This document shows, piece by piece, positions 38,603 to 50,127 of a DNA stretch of 64,000 bases. The DNA comes from Tubulanus polymorphus. Taxonomy: Eukaryota; Animalia; Nemertea. Each line of letters opens with the position of its first letter. Position 1 is the stretch's first letter. Position numbers and translations under genes: made by a program. The notes under the pieces were generated by a model that saw nothing but the letters and a program-made list of their open reading frames with translations, was not told the origin of the DNA and searched no databases. The DNA lies in NCBI RefSeq assembly GCF_964204645.1, contig NC_134035.1:6905101-6969100 (forward strand), in the 5' to 3' direction.

Positions 38603-40292
38603 GTTTAATTTAGGCCTACCATTCCCCGGTACACTAAAGATTTATCTTAGTAAATACACGGTTAATTCGGTAAAGAAAAATAGGTAATGTTAAACTAACT
38701 CCTTGAAACCCGCAGCCAAATCACTGGTAGTAATAAATTAATTTGTACTCGATTTGATTCTCATGATGAGGAGAAACTCGCAGCTCATCCCCGGAACGTC
38801 GATGTAGTAACACACGTCGATTCGTCGATGTTTACAGCTCGACAGTGCTTTTAAAATCTAAAGTAGTAAATTTCCAGTGTATCGGTAATATGATTTGATG
38901 AGGAAAATGGGCTATTGTTAAAATCACTGTTTGAAGACCGCGACTGAATGGCAATAAAATAGTTCATTTATACTTGAATTGATAATCGAAGTGACAGTCG
39001 GCCTGCGGGTTGATTTCGGGATGACGACTCGAAAAACATGTCGCCCCATTGAATGGGGCTAAATTTTCGATGTTTACAGACCGACAGCGCTTTTGTAACA
39101 ATGATTCGTGAAAAAACACGCGGGCTATTTGTAGATCTCAGTGAGCTGAACGATATTATATGGATTGTATATGAAACAGCGGTAAGGTAACAAAGCCTAT
39201 GTTCTTTTGGTAAAAATAGTGTGGAAGAAAATAATAATAATAATAATCACGCGGATATCAATAGGGTTTTCTGTGATGTAACAGAAAACCCTAAATATTA
39301 AAATGAAATAACTTTAACTGCTTGTAGTTTCTATTTCATTTTAATATTTTTCTAATTGATTTCTTATTGAATCTTTTTAAACAATAGAATGACTAGAAAT
39401 CAAATCCATTTAAAAAGAAGTTAAATAACTTTAACTGTTAGTATCACTCTTGTATCATTTGATTGTTTTTCTAATTGAATGAACTAACTAACTAATATCA
39501 CTCTTGTATTATTCTAGTGCCGCGTAAAGAATGACAATATCATATATGAATAAATTTTAAAAAGTTCTGAATTAATACTGAGACTTCAGTTTCAGAAATA
39601 AAGCATAATTTGTATTTAATGCCATTAATACGTATTTAATACCATTAATACCTCAACCCCTTTTTTAATTAACTTATATTTCAGCCAATATATTTTATAT
39701 TTTCAGCCAATTTGACAGTCTTATTCTTAATTTATCATTTAGTTTATGAATATACAATCTACTCAATTTAATACTTAAACACTTTAACAATCTAACGGAT
39801 TCATTGTAATACTCTTTTAATAATGATAAAAGTTAATATATGATTGAATATGATTTAAACTTTTCCAGTGTTGGAAATATAAAATATATTAGCTGAAAAT
39901 TTAAAATATTTGTTAAAAAATAGGAATATGATAGAATTTTGAATTGTCTATGAGTGGACGAATTGGAAGAATGGACGTGTGTAGGAGGGTAACATATATA
40001 AATTATATATGTTTTTTATCTAAAAAACAGTAAGAGTTTGATTTTATACTATATTTAGATATTGTTTTAATAAAATATATATATATATTATATCTATACT
40101 CGTACTATTCTTCCAATTCGTATGTTTAAATGTAAAATATATATATTATTACACTCGTCCATTCGTCCACTCTTCCAATTCATCCACCCGTACCATTCGT
40201 ACCATTCTTCCAATTCATCCACTCTTACCATTCTTCCCATTATAAATTATATAATATTTTTATAAAAAGATTATTCTTTTTTATTTTCAAAC

Positions 40293-40600
40293 CTAATTTG
40301 AATTATATAATTTATCATTAAGTTCATGAATATACCTGTGATTCCTTAATGATTTTTCATTTTGATACCTTTTATTACAGATTTTACAGCATTTAATATT
40401 ATTAATTCTATCTGAAATATAATTTATGTTTTCTTTTAATTCTGTATACCTAATTTTACAGTTATCAAAGAATTCTAATAACTGTTTTAATGAGTTAACT
40501 GAGAATGAAACTAAACCTGAAACCATAATAATCAATTTAATGCGCTCTTGATTTTTGTATATAAGATGTAATATTTCTCATTCCTTACTTTCACTCATTT
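40293..40600 (-). pseudogene. Small viral-type ORF remnant with a C2H2 zinc finger
   Basis: CKICNKRYQNEKSLRNHRYIH. Confidence 0.5.
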
Positions 40601-40990
40601 TTATAGTTCAAGTGTATTAGATAAATTAAATTAAAAGATGCTGTCTTAATCCTCTAAATAATTTACTAAATCAACTTTTTTATTCTTTCTATTTTTATTA
40701 TTCCATTTAATTTCTTTAATTTCTTGCTTAATTTCATATTTTCATTCATCAAATCTTTACTGATATTTTCATAGTAAAAGTAAAGCGCGGCTTATATTAA
40801 ACCTCTGGCAACTAAATAATGTTTCAAACCACTATTTCCAGTTGGAATAAAACCATCCATTTATTTAAGAAAAAAAATTAAAAAATTGAAAAATATTTAC
40901 TAGTTTTTGATTTAATATTTTATAACCATTTTTGAAATATTAAACTTTTATATGATTAAATCAAATAACAATTAAGCAGTTATTCATTAA

Positions 40991-41635
40991 CTAATTTCTC
41001 AATGTTATAACTATTATATATTTGAAACATACAGCTTGATCTTTTTTCAATATAGAATTATTATTCTTTCGATAATTGATATGTTTAATTGTTTGATAAT
41101 GTTTTGATTTATGTGATTTTAAATATTTACCCCCGCAATAACAATACACTTTTTTCATTAGGATTGAATTTTTTAAATTCATCATCTAAATTACATTGAA
41201 TTCCAATATTTGATGAATTTTCATTATACATAATTTGTTTATTATCAAAATTTAAATAATATAATTGTCTTTTTTCAATTCTTAAGTTAATCAAATCATT
41301 GTAATCTTTAGAAAGTATTAAATCACTATCTCTTTCATTGAAAGGAGTTTGAAGGATATTTATTATGTTTTCATCTAAAGTCCCTTTATAATTTAAAACT
41401 GTATTGAATATTTTAGGATTTTTGATTCCATTATCAAAAGTATCAATTAGTTCAGTAATTAAATATTTTTCATTTGATAATATTTGATTAATTATAGTAA
41501 TATTATCGATTTTATATTGTCTTGCATACACTTAATTTGTTGCTGAAATATAATTTTTAATGTTTAACAGTGAAAATTAGTTATTGGTTTCATTGATTTC
41601 GATTTTGAATTTGGGTTCTTCTTCTTTCTTCATTT
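40991..41635 (-). pseudogene. AT-rich viral-type ORF remnant with a C-terminal CxCG...H....KH zinc finger
   Basis: ORFs 41127-41531 and 40991-41185 are joined by a frameshift; VYCYCGGKYLKSHKSKHYQTIKH. Confidence 0.45.
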
Positions 41636-41829
41636 TTATAAATAAACATTTTTTAAAATAAATCTAACTCATTCAAATATATATACTCAATCTTAAAAAT
41701 ATAAATTATTTCAATCACACTTTACTCACACTTTTTATGTTTAAAAATCAAGAATCATATAAAAGCATATAAATATAAATATTCATGTTTTAAATATAAA
41801 TTAGTTACCACGCACTTTACTCACACTTT

Positions 41830-42970
41830 TTGGTTTACCTTTGGCAGCGATATGAAGTTGGCATTGAGCCAATTCATGTAAAATCGCGGTACGTTTTTTT
41901 ATGAGAACATTTGTTTCATTGGTTCTCGGCTTAAACGACGTATAATCGATGCGATTGAAGACATGGCGAACCTCCGTCGATGACATGGTCAACTGAGTTA
42001 AAATTCTACGAAAAACTGCTTTTGGCGGGAAAATTCTTAGCTCTCGCGTATAAAATTGCAATGACCTCGATTTGGAGGCGTTATCTCTACGAGCGAATGT
42101 GATTGGCTGTTTTGGGGATTTACGGGGAATTCCGACGCTACTAAAATAATTATGGGAAAGCCATAGTAGAATGGCGAATGTTTCATTGGACTAGATGCCG
42201 TATATGTGCGAATTTCAAATACTCATTGCTGTTGATAATGTAATTATTATCCGCCATAGGTATTGTTTCATTTTAATACCCGGTGATTGATTTGATTGAC
42301 ATTGAAGTGTAAGCGAACATTCACTAACACAAGGCCTCCACGTGCACGCGGAAATCATTAGATTAGACTGTTGCACACACAAACACGTGCGTTCAGTATA
42401 CACTACTATAGTGATACTGTAACGCTGCTTGCTGGCGCATTTGACATTTAATCAGCAGAAGATTAGCGCTGTGTTTTCTGTTTGATAGAATTTGTAATAA
42501 ATTGTTATTTCTTGTGACCTGAAAAAACTAAGCAGCAAACTATAGGTATAGGTCGAGGTCTGAATATTGTAGTGGTAAATTCCAGGATTTAAAACGATCT
42601 AATACGCCGATTTTACTGCACCGGTATTTTAGCTTCCGCGGCCATAGATTCAGCCACCCTATGATATGTGACATCATATGAATTTCATTTGAATATTTTT
42701 TCATATTATGAAAAATATTTCTTTGGAAATATAAAATAGTTTCCATGCCGCGCCTACCTGTACCCTACGAAATTTTTGATGTGGACCGTAAACAAATGAA
42801 TATCTTTGGTCCTTTGACTACAAAATAATCCTTTAAGAAAGATAGAATAGAATATTTAAACTTGTAGAACTATGAAGTCACGAATTAAAAAGATTTTTCA
42901 AGCAATGGCCTTACCCCAAACAATCTCTAGCTTTCAAGGTAAACCACACTTTGCCCATGGGGAATTTATT
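41830..42970 (+). mobile_element. HINE family C, uninterrupted copy (about 1.14 kb)
   Basis: Same termini and body as 24529-28242 without the nested elements; no TSD. Confidence 0.85.
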
Positions 42971-43075
42971 ATGTTTAAAGATTGATTTTTTATTATTCGA
43001 AATCTATATTTGATCTTATTTATCTAGATTATTATGCTAACACTTTACTCTGACTTTTAATTTATGGAATTATTA

Positions 43076-43228
43076 GAGTAATAGGGAATATGGGGGTTCA
43101 GATTATAGGTTGAAGGGGCGAGTGAGTAAAAAATAAAAAATAAATTTGAGCGTGCGAGAATTTATTTTTATTTTTTATGAGCTAGACCCTTCGACCTTTG
43201 ATCTGAACCCCCATATTCCCTCTTACTC
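43076..43228. repeat. About 153-bp imperfect palindrome
   Basis: GAGTAATAGGGAATATGGGGGTTCAGAT...AAAAAATAAAAAATAAATT, loop, AATTTATTTTTATTTTTT...ATCTGAACCCCCATATTCCCTCTTACTC. Confidence 0.85.
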
Positions 43229-44489
43229 CTGCGCACTCATGAGGCGGTAGCAGCCGCTTACGCACTCAGCAGCACGATTCACTTTGTTATGTGCGCTAAT
43301 AACTTATTGCGTAGCAACAGTTGGTGTCTACCCATATCAGTGTACCTACATTAATGACATTTTGACGGAGATTCCTCATTAACAGGGTTGTATCGCAGCA
43401 ACCAATCGGAGCTACGCGCACCTGCTTCGGAGTCCCGTCGATAGACTGCTTAGTAACACATTTTCCTCGCCAAACTTGTATTGTGTAGGATATAAAAATC
43501 ATCATCATTCGAAACGATATGGCTTGTCCGAAGCGATCCCGCATCGAGAGGGGAAAATGAGTGTTTTGCTTGCATTTCGCCATGACGCTCTGATTTCATT
43601 CGGGTGTGGCTGCGGGTGTCTTTAAATGCGACGTCGCGATGGAATCAGTCTTAGATTATTGCTAATTTATCAGTAAAGAGGCTGGTGCGGTATAGAAGCT
43701 CTGTCGTTGGTTCTGTGATAAGCCGATGTTGTTGCTACGGCCCGGTTCATTCCTCTAACCCGGATCGAATTTATACGTTTATTTCAAATTGCATCCCTAT
43801 ATCGTTTACTGACATTTTTTGAACTTCGTCAATTCATCTCATCTCTGCATTTCATTAGGCTGTGGTCAACCTCTTGGCCCATCGGCAATTATTATTTTGA
43901 ACAAAATAAACTTTATCATAGATTTTTATCTCGGGCGAAGCGCGAGATGTTGTAATGGGTCCAAAAATAGAATTTTTGCTGACAAATGAGGTTATAACTT
44001 TGAAGTCATGCAATCTACTATGTTTATGTCCAAAATGTAGCTTCATCATGCGGCTAAAATCTGTTGGAAATGGAATTTTGAATATCGCGTACATTTAAGG
44101 GAAATCGACGAATTTGTGGCGATTTTTAAAGAAATTTCAAGGAGGATTTTGTTTCGTAAAACGGCTAGAAGGCCGATGCACAACGTTACATTGATGTAAA
44201 ATAACTGCTCCCTGCGGTTGGCTGAGCTCCCGCTGTCAATCAATGTAAGGGCATATTCGATTGACGCAGACAAACCGGTCTTTTAATCTTCTCATCTATT
44301 AATCTGCTCGGTTCTAGTTTCTCATTTCCCAGTCATGGGAGAGTCTTATATGTTTATTTTTAATTTGATAGCCGTAGTATCGATTCCGTCTGCCCATATC
44401 TATTTCATTATGCATATAACCGAAGATTCAATCGATACGCTACTTCACGAAAGATTATGCGCGCACAATCGAATAGGCCCAAACCTCGT

Positions 44490-45091
44490 CTCGCTTCAAG
44501 TTTTTAGTTAGCGATATTTTACTTACTACACAACGGCACGTATAATCCTTTAAGTATGATATCCTGACCATGTGTTGAATTCGATAAAACCTCACTTTGA
44601 ACGCTAAAGATCACTAGAAATGTCAAAAAACAACCAAAAATCACAAATTTAGCGATGACGCTCGAAGCAGCTAACGGAAGTAATGACTGGTGCCGGGTGT
44701 CATCACTTTGTTGTTGAGTTCAAGACTCTAAGGTGAATTTTTTGCAGGCTACACTGATAAATATGAAATAATATTATGAAATAGAATTGATTTTGGAAGG
44801 ACTACACTCGTAGATTCATAATAAAAATATGAAAAGTACCAGGACTCGAACCAGCAATCGAAATTGGGCCGTCAAGTGCTGCCACCATGTGATACCTGGC
44901 AACCAGCCTTTACATCTTCAGCCGTCGCAAAATGTTTTTTGATAATTTTAGGACACTTATAGTGATTTGTAGCCTTTGCAGTGAGGTTTTATCATATCCA
45001 ACGTAACGGTAGGTTATCTTATTTAAAGGATTACGCGTGACGATATATAGTAAGTCTAATTAATATCGCTGATTGAAAACTTGAAGCAAGA
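44490..45091. repeat. Old fold-back/MITE-like element with ~150-bp diverged inverted arms
   Basis: GCTTCAAGTTTT..TAGCGATAT...TAATCCTTTAA...GATAAAACCTCACT is mirrored at about 44945-45088. Confidence 0.6.
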
Positions 45092-47967
45092 GATTTTCAT
45101 TGCAAATGAACTGGAGCATGGCGGATTTAAGTTCCAATTTCCGGTTCTAACTAGCGCCATCAAACGATTAATTCAAGAACTTGAATTTGTCGATATACCG
45201 TATTGCCGTGATGATTGCTGATTAGATTTCGATGATGTTGTTCACCGAAATCAGCAGATTTTACACATCCATGAAGTGTTATTATGCAAGAAGATGCATC
45301 AATCAGATGGCGCCTATACATTACAAAGATAACATTCTGCGCCCGAGGTATTAAGATCCGTGGATCTCTTGTTTTCGAATTGAATCGAGCGGCCTCGGTG
45401 GCTCAGTAAAATAAGGCGTGATGCAGTTATGATGCGTGATGCGTGATGCTGACAACTGAGGTCAGGCGACTACTGAATTCAAGAGTGCATAATATCCCAT
45501 CAACTGCATGGTCATTCATGAAGGGATAAAGCCATACTCCTTCATACGAGTCCATATTAAAACAAACCAATATCATCTCATTTTAACTTAACATCCATTC
45601 TTGAATTTTTAGTGTCATCTTAAGGATAATCATGTGTTTAACATAGATTTGATCTGCATATAAATATCTCTTTATCTATAAGATTAACATTTTTGTACAG
45701 TGACATTTAAAATCTACAATATCTAAGATAATTATCACTGACCTAACAACACTTCAGAGTCTGTGGAAATATTTTTCAAATGTGGATTGATTTATCGTCT
45801 CATGAGTCATGTGCCATTATTTTGCTTAAAAATCCGTCTAAATATCATGTTTCACCTTAGAAATTAGTTCAGACACTCTGTAATACAATATTGACTTCTG
45901 TATCCTTTGAAAATATTCACCCTTGAATGCAACGACTTCAAAACTGATTTTATTAGACTTATTTACTTAAAACTTATTTCTTCATTTTCTTGGGGTAAAA
46001 TTGGAAATGTTTTGCTCTTTATTCTTTCTTGCTTGTATCCATAGTAACAAGCAGTTAGGGTCAGCGAGCCTGTGATGCTCATGGTGAGTTTGACCACGTT
46101 CAGCTGTCAATATCAATTTTGTTGTTGATACTTGCTCTTTGAGAGTGAAATGCCGCGATCATATCCACTGGGATAGACTTTAGTTTCGTCTCTTAAACTG
46201 AATCGCATTAATGAGGTTTAACGGTACAAATAGCCTAGGCTAAATCGTTGTGTGGTCCTCCAAATCAAAATCGTCATAGAACATTTTCCTGCAGATGTAA
46301 AGCATTATTACCACTTAATACCTTACCACAATATATTCTACCAATGCCCATGGGCCTCTTGTTTATCATTAATTTTTACTGTTTTAGTTTGTCGAAATCG
46401 AAGGCGTGGAAACCATCAAGCTCAACTCTATTGACACCAGCAATTTTTAGAGCATGGTTTACTGTTACTAATGATCCCCGAGACACATTCGTTGATACTC
46501 AGGTCTGGTTCTCCTTTCAAATCAAAATCACCAAAATATGTATATAAATAATAATGGATAATTATGGATATAATCTGATATATATTCAGCCGTAGCTTAC
46601 CTTCCATGCCCTCTGTAAGGCAATATGAATTTCTAAAATTTCCTTCTTAAATCAAAGAAGTAGATTCTGGTGAAAAAAAAAAAATCTTTCTTTTGAGAAG
46701 ATTGGTAAAGAGAGATAAAAAGGGGCACCATATCCAATTAAAAAGGCACATAAAGTAAAAAGAACAAATAAAGGGACACTTTATGATGGCTGATACAGTG
46801 ACAAATTCTTTTTTAAGAGGGCACAAATTCCAGAAGATCTCAAGAAAATGGGCACTTTTTACCGGTCAATCCTAGATGCCCAAGATGGGTAAAGGGGCAG
46901 CATGTAAAGTAAAAAGAACAAAGAAGAGAGCACTTTTTATCGGCCAATCTTGAGGGGGCCAGTTTCTTACAGGCCTTAGCTTTTTACTGTTCCCTCCTCT
47001 TTATTTCTGTTATATATTATGTGAAATAAATCCTTTATCTTTATTAATAAATCATTTATTTATTTACTTACTTATTTATTTACTAATACTGATATATGTA
47101 TTGATGTTTATTAGTGTACTTCAATTAACAATGATTTCACATTATATGTAACAGAAATTGTAAAAGAAAATCAAGATGATGATATGATACTGTGAAGATT
47201 TTTTCAAAAATTTTACAAAATCTTTTCTTGAAATCTCAAATTACATCTCAGGACCTCAATTTTCAAATTTTTTGGGTTGAATATCTTTTCACGTTTATTG
47301 ATAATAAGTGCCTATTACTGCCCATTTGAATTTGGAAGGTAGTTTGAAATGGCCCCTAGATCCGCCACTGATATTGCATTATTAAGCACACTCATAGCTG
47401 TAACGCTATAAATGTGCTTAAATGAGTCGAATGATCGGTTGTCCTTGCATGTCCAGTTGCTAAGTAATGTGTCTTGCAGACTCTGTGTGGTCGGGTTGGA
47501 TAATTTTAGTGGTTCGACTTCTCTTCATTTCCCACTTTTCTCGGTTATTTGACATGAGATAACTTTGTCGCTTGCTCAGCCAATCTGAAATTGGTTGCGC
47601 TTTCCTGAGTTTGTTAAAACCCTATTAGTGTCTCGGGCGCACCCGTAGCGCCGTGAGTTTTTCCCTAACGGAACGCAGGCGCACCAGTTGCCCCACTGTG
47701 TTTAAAAATTCAATATGTGGCAAACGTATCAGCGTATGTTCACTAGATTTGTCTGACAGCGCGGTATACTAGCGTTATGAATCATACAGTCGCTCCTACA
47801 ATAACACTCACAATACTCACGTCGCACTGTGCTTGACCTCTCAATATATCAATACATGCTCTATAGACAGTAGTACAATAGTACATAGTACATAGCGTTC
47901 GCTGTAGTAGTGCAATACTGTACAATGGGGTCTCGTCAATGGTACTCCGGTGATGAAGCCAGGGATC

Positions 47968-48161
47968 TGTAACGAGGTCCTATTCTGCCTGTTCCACAGT
48001 AGAAGTTTCCTCCAAATATCGACTCTGAGAGCCCAAAAACCAGTAAAAAGGCGGACAAAAGATATTAACACAATCACCTATTGTTCTGTATTGTTTTGAG
48101 AGAGAGGGCAGCACCCTTCAGTTACAACATAGAAAACGACTGATGGACATATTCCATCACA
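47968..48161 (-). repeat. 3' LTR (PPT at 48162-48174)
   Basis: About 4 mismatches by eye versus 55329-55522; preceded on the minus strand by GAAGGGGGGGTGG. Confidence 0.95.
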
Positions 48162-48673
48162 CCACCCCCCTTCAACTTGTTCAAACTCCTATTTGAACAG
48201 GAATATATAGTCAAAATATCTACACAAATTAAATTATAGTCCTTATTATAGTATATTAAGCTCCAAACTTCTCGGCTCTGGATACAGTAGACATCTAACA
48301 TGGCGTAGTCGTTGTTTCGCATTAGGGTTGCATCTCAGTGATAATACATGCAGCTTTCGATCTCCACTAATGGTTTGTGGTTTGTTTTCGGGGCGCACCT
48401 AAGCGTAGTGTCTAACCAAAAATATCTATACCATCAAAAGGTAGATATGGCCAATGGACACTGCACTTGGCTTGCCCCTCTGCCACTGTTCCTCGTCCTG
48501 GGAAGCTGAAAAATACAATCAAAAGAAAACGGAAAGAAACTGTTCGCAATGGGGTGTGCTACATCTGGGGGGTCACGTGTGGTAGTATTTGGACTGAATG
48601 GCTTTTTGTCACTAACATTACAAAGAATAAGCGACTCCAGGTGAACCATCGTTAGGTACCGAAGGAAACACAT

Positions 48674-49507
48674 TCAGACGCGATCTACCACACGGATTAT
48701 TTCCCGACAGACATAGTGCATGGCCGACTTTTTGTAGTGGATCCCCACAAAATCAGAATCAGGGATATCTGGATGGTCGGCCTGTTGGAACCCGGCACGG
48801 AGGGCGAAGACGTTAACCCGGTTGATGTTGTTTACCCGATTGTGGTCACCACGCCAGCAAGGAGGGACAGGGGTCTGTAGGTGGAAAAGGGGAACAGAAG
48901 GGTGCTTGCCCTTGAGTAGCGCCAAAACTTCCGCCAACTCCTCTGTCGTCCTGCCATAATCACCGGCATGGTTCATACCATGCGTGACCACAATCGCTCT
49001 TGCCCTAAAGGATACATGTGGGAGGTACTCCAACAAATCACCGAGTCGTTCACCAGGGTGGCAAATTGGAATCAAACCGCCGCTGGCCTTTAGCCCCGTA
49101 AACATCGAGTCTCCCAGCAACACGATTGGTAAGTCCTCAACTGCCCTCTGTTTCAAGTCTCCAAGTTTGGACCAGATGTACGAGGAGTCACCACCACATT
49201 CGGCCAGGGCGTTCACTAGTTCCTGGCTGATGTACTCAAATGCAGCTGTGCTCATCTTCGGCCGAAAACGTCGGGTCTTTGTCGTCTTGAGACCGGTTAC
49301 TACCGCACCGGTTACTATGCGACCAGGATCCTCCACAAACGACTGTTCTACGGCAGAGTTATAAAGTCTGCCCATCTTGGCTCTCAATTCGCTGAGGGTC
49401 TTGTCCTGTCTGTGAAGGGTGGAACAGACTTCTTTCGAGACCTGCCGTTTAAGGGTCTGTGTCGCCTCGTGGAGGCTAGATAACTGGTCTAACTCGATAC
49501 AGTCCAT
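48674..49507 (-). CDS. Gypsy ORF3: N-terminal coiled coil plus SGNH/GDSL hydrolase-like domain
   Basis: Intact 277-aa ORF with IVLLGDSM (block I), CHPG (II), VVTHGMNH (III), DFVGIHY (V). Confidence 0.75.
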   Translation of the reverse strand: MDCIELDQLSSLHEATQTLKRQVSKEVCSTLHRQDKTLSELRAKMGRLYNSAVEQSFVEDPGRIVTGAVVTGLKTTKTRRFRPKMSTAAFEYISQELVNALAECGGDSSYIWSKLGDLKQRAVEDLPIVLLGDSMFTGLKASGGLIPICHPGERLGDLLEYLPHVSFRARAIVVTHGMNHAGDYGRTTEELAEVLALLKGKHPSVPLFHLQTPVPPCWRGDHNRVNNINRVNVFALRAGFQQADHPDIPDSDFVGIHYKKSAMHYVCREIIRVVDRV

Positions 49508-50127
49508 GCTAGAAACGATAAATAGTTCAAAACATGAGTTGGCTGCAACGACAAGACTAAATTGCGGAGATTCCGTTCATTCAGATACCACCCGAATCAT
49601 GCAAGGTGGGTGGTCCCAAGCATACCATCAGGAGGTGCAAGGGGTCTGAAATCCTAGTCACCACCAGTTACAAATGATAATAAACTGTCTACTAAAACTA
49701 AGTAAATATATATACAGGGTTATATACAAGGGTACTAAATATATATATAGGATTTAACCCTTTGATTTAAGGTACCGGCCCATTTCTAACCAGTAGCCTT
49801 TCCTCATGTTAATCCGGGACCGAACTTCGCGACATTTCTGGCAATTTTGGATCAGTTCTATATCAAAAATGTTGTTCTGCTCAATCTTGTCCGAGGCGAC
49901 TGGAGGTCCTATAAGTGTGTTTGGATCCACCAAAGGGTCTGAGGCCCTATTTTGGTTGGCTAGCGAATCATCGTTATTGACTGTACATGAGTTTACGAAC
50001 CGACTAGGGCGCCTGATCCCTACTCTGGGCCTGAGTCTTCTGTGCCCCTCAGTGTTTGTAATGTTCAAAGGCCCAGGCTTGGAGCGGTTTTGAGTAGGAG
50101 GCTCGCGATGGTTTTGGGTAGGGTTTG

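Larger units (their letters stand above)
31578..39294 (-). mobile_element. HINE family D, 7.7-kb composite insertion
   Basis: Minus-strand 5' end is a TTAGGGTTTTCTG...CAGAAAACCCTA hairpin followed by (ATT)n. The 3' end is AACAGAAAACCC, hairpin GCTGCTTTGCAGC, TATATT. The flanks rejoin into one arm of a 30-bp inverted repeat. Confidence 0.75.
22440..43075. mobile_element. Decayed endogenous Polinton/Maverick- or adintovirus-like element (about 8 kb once three insertions are removed)
   Basis: Very AT-rich blocks at 22440-24528, 28243-31578, 39295-41831 and 42971-43075 carry pPolB, a VLTF3-like gene and zinc-finger ORFs. The blocks rejoin across the insertions. Integrase, capsid, ATPase and TIRs were not identified. 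Confidence 0.75.
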
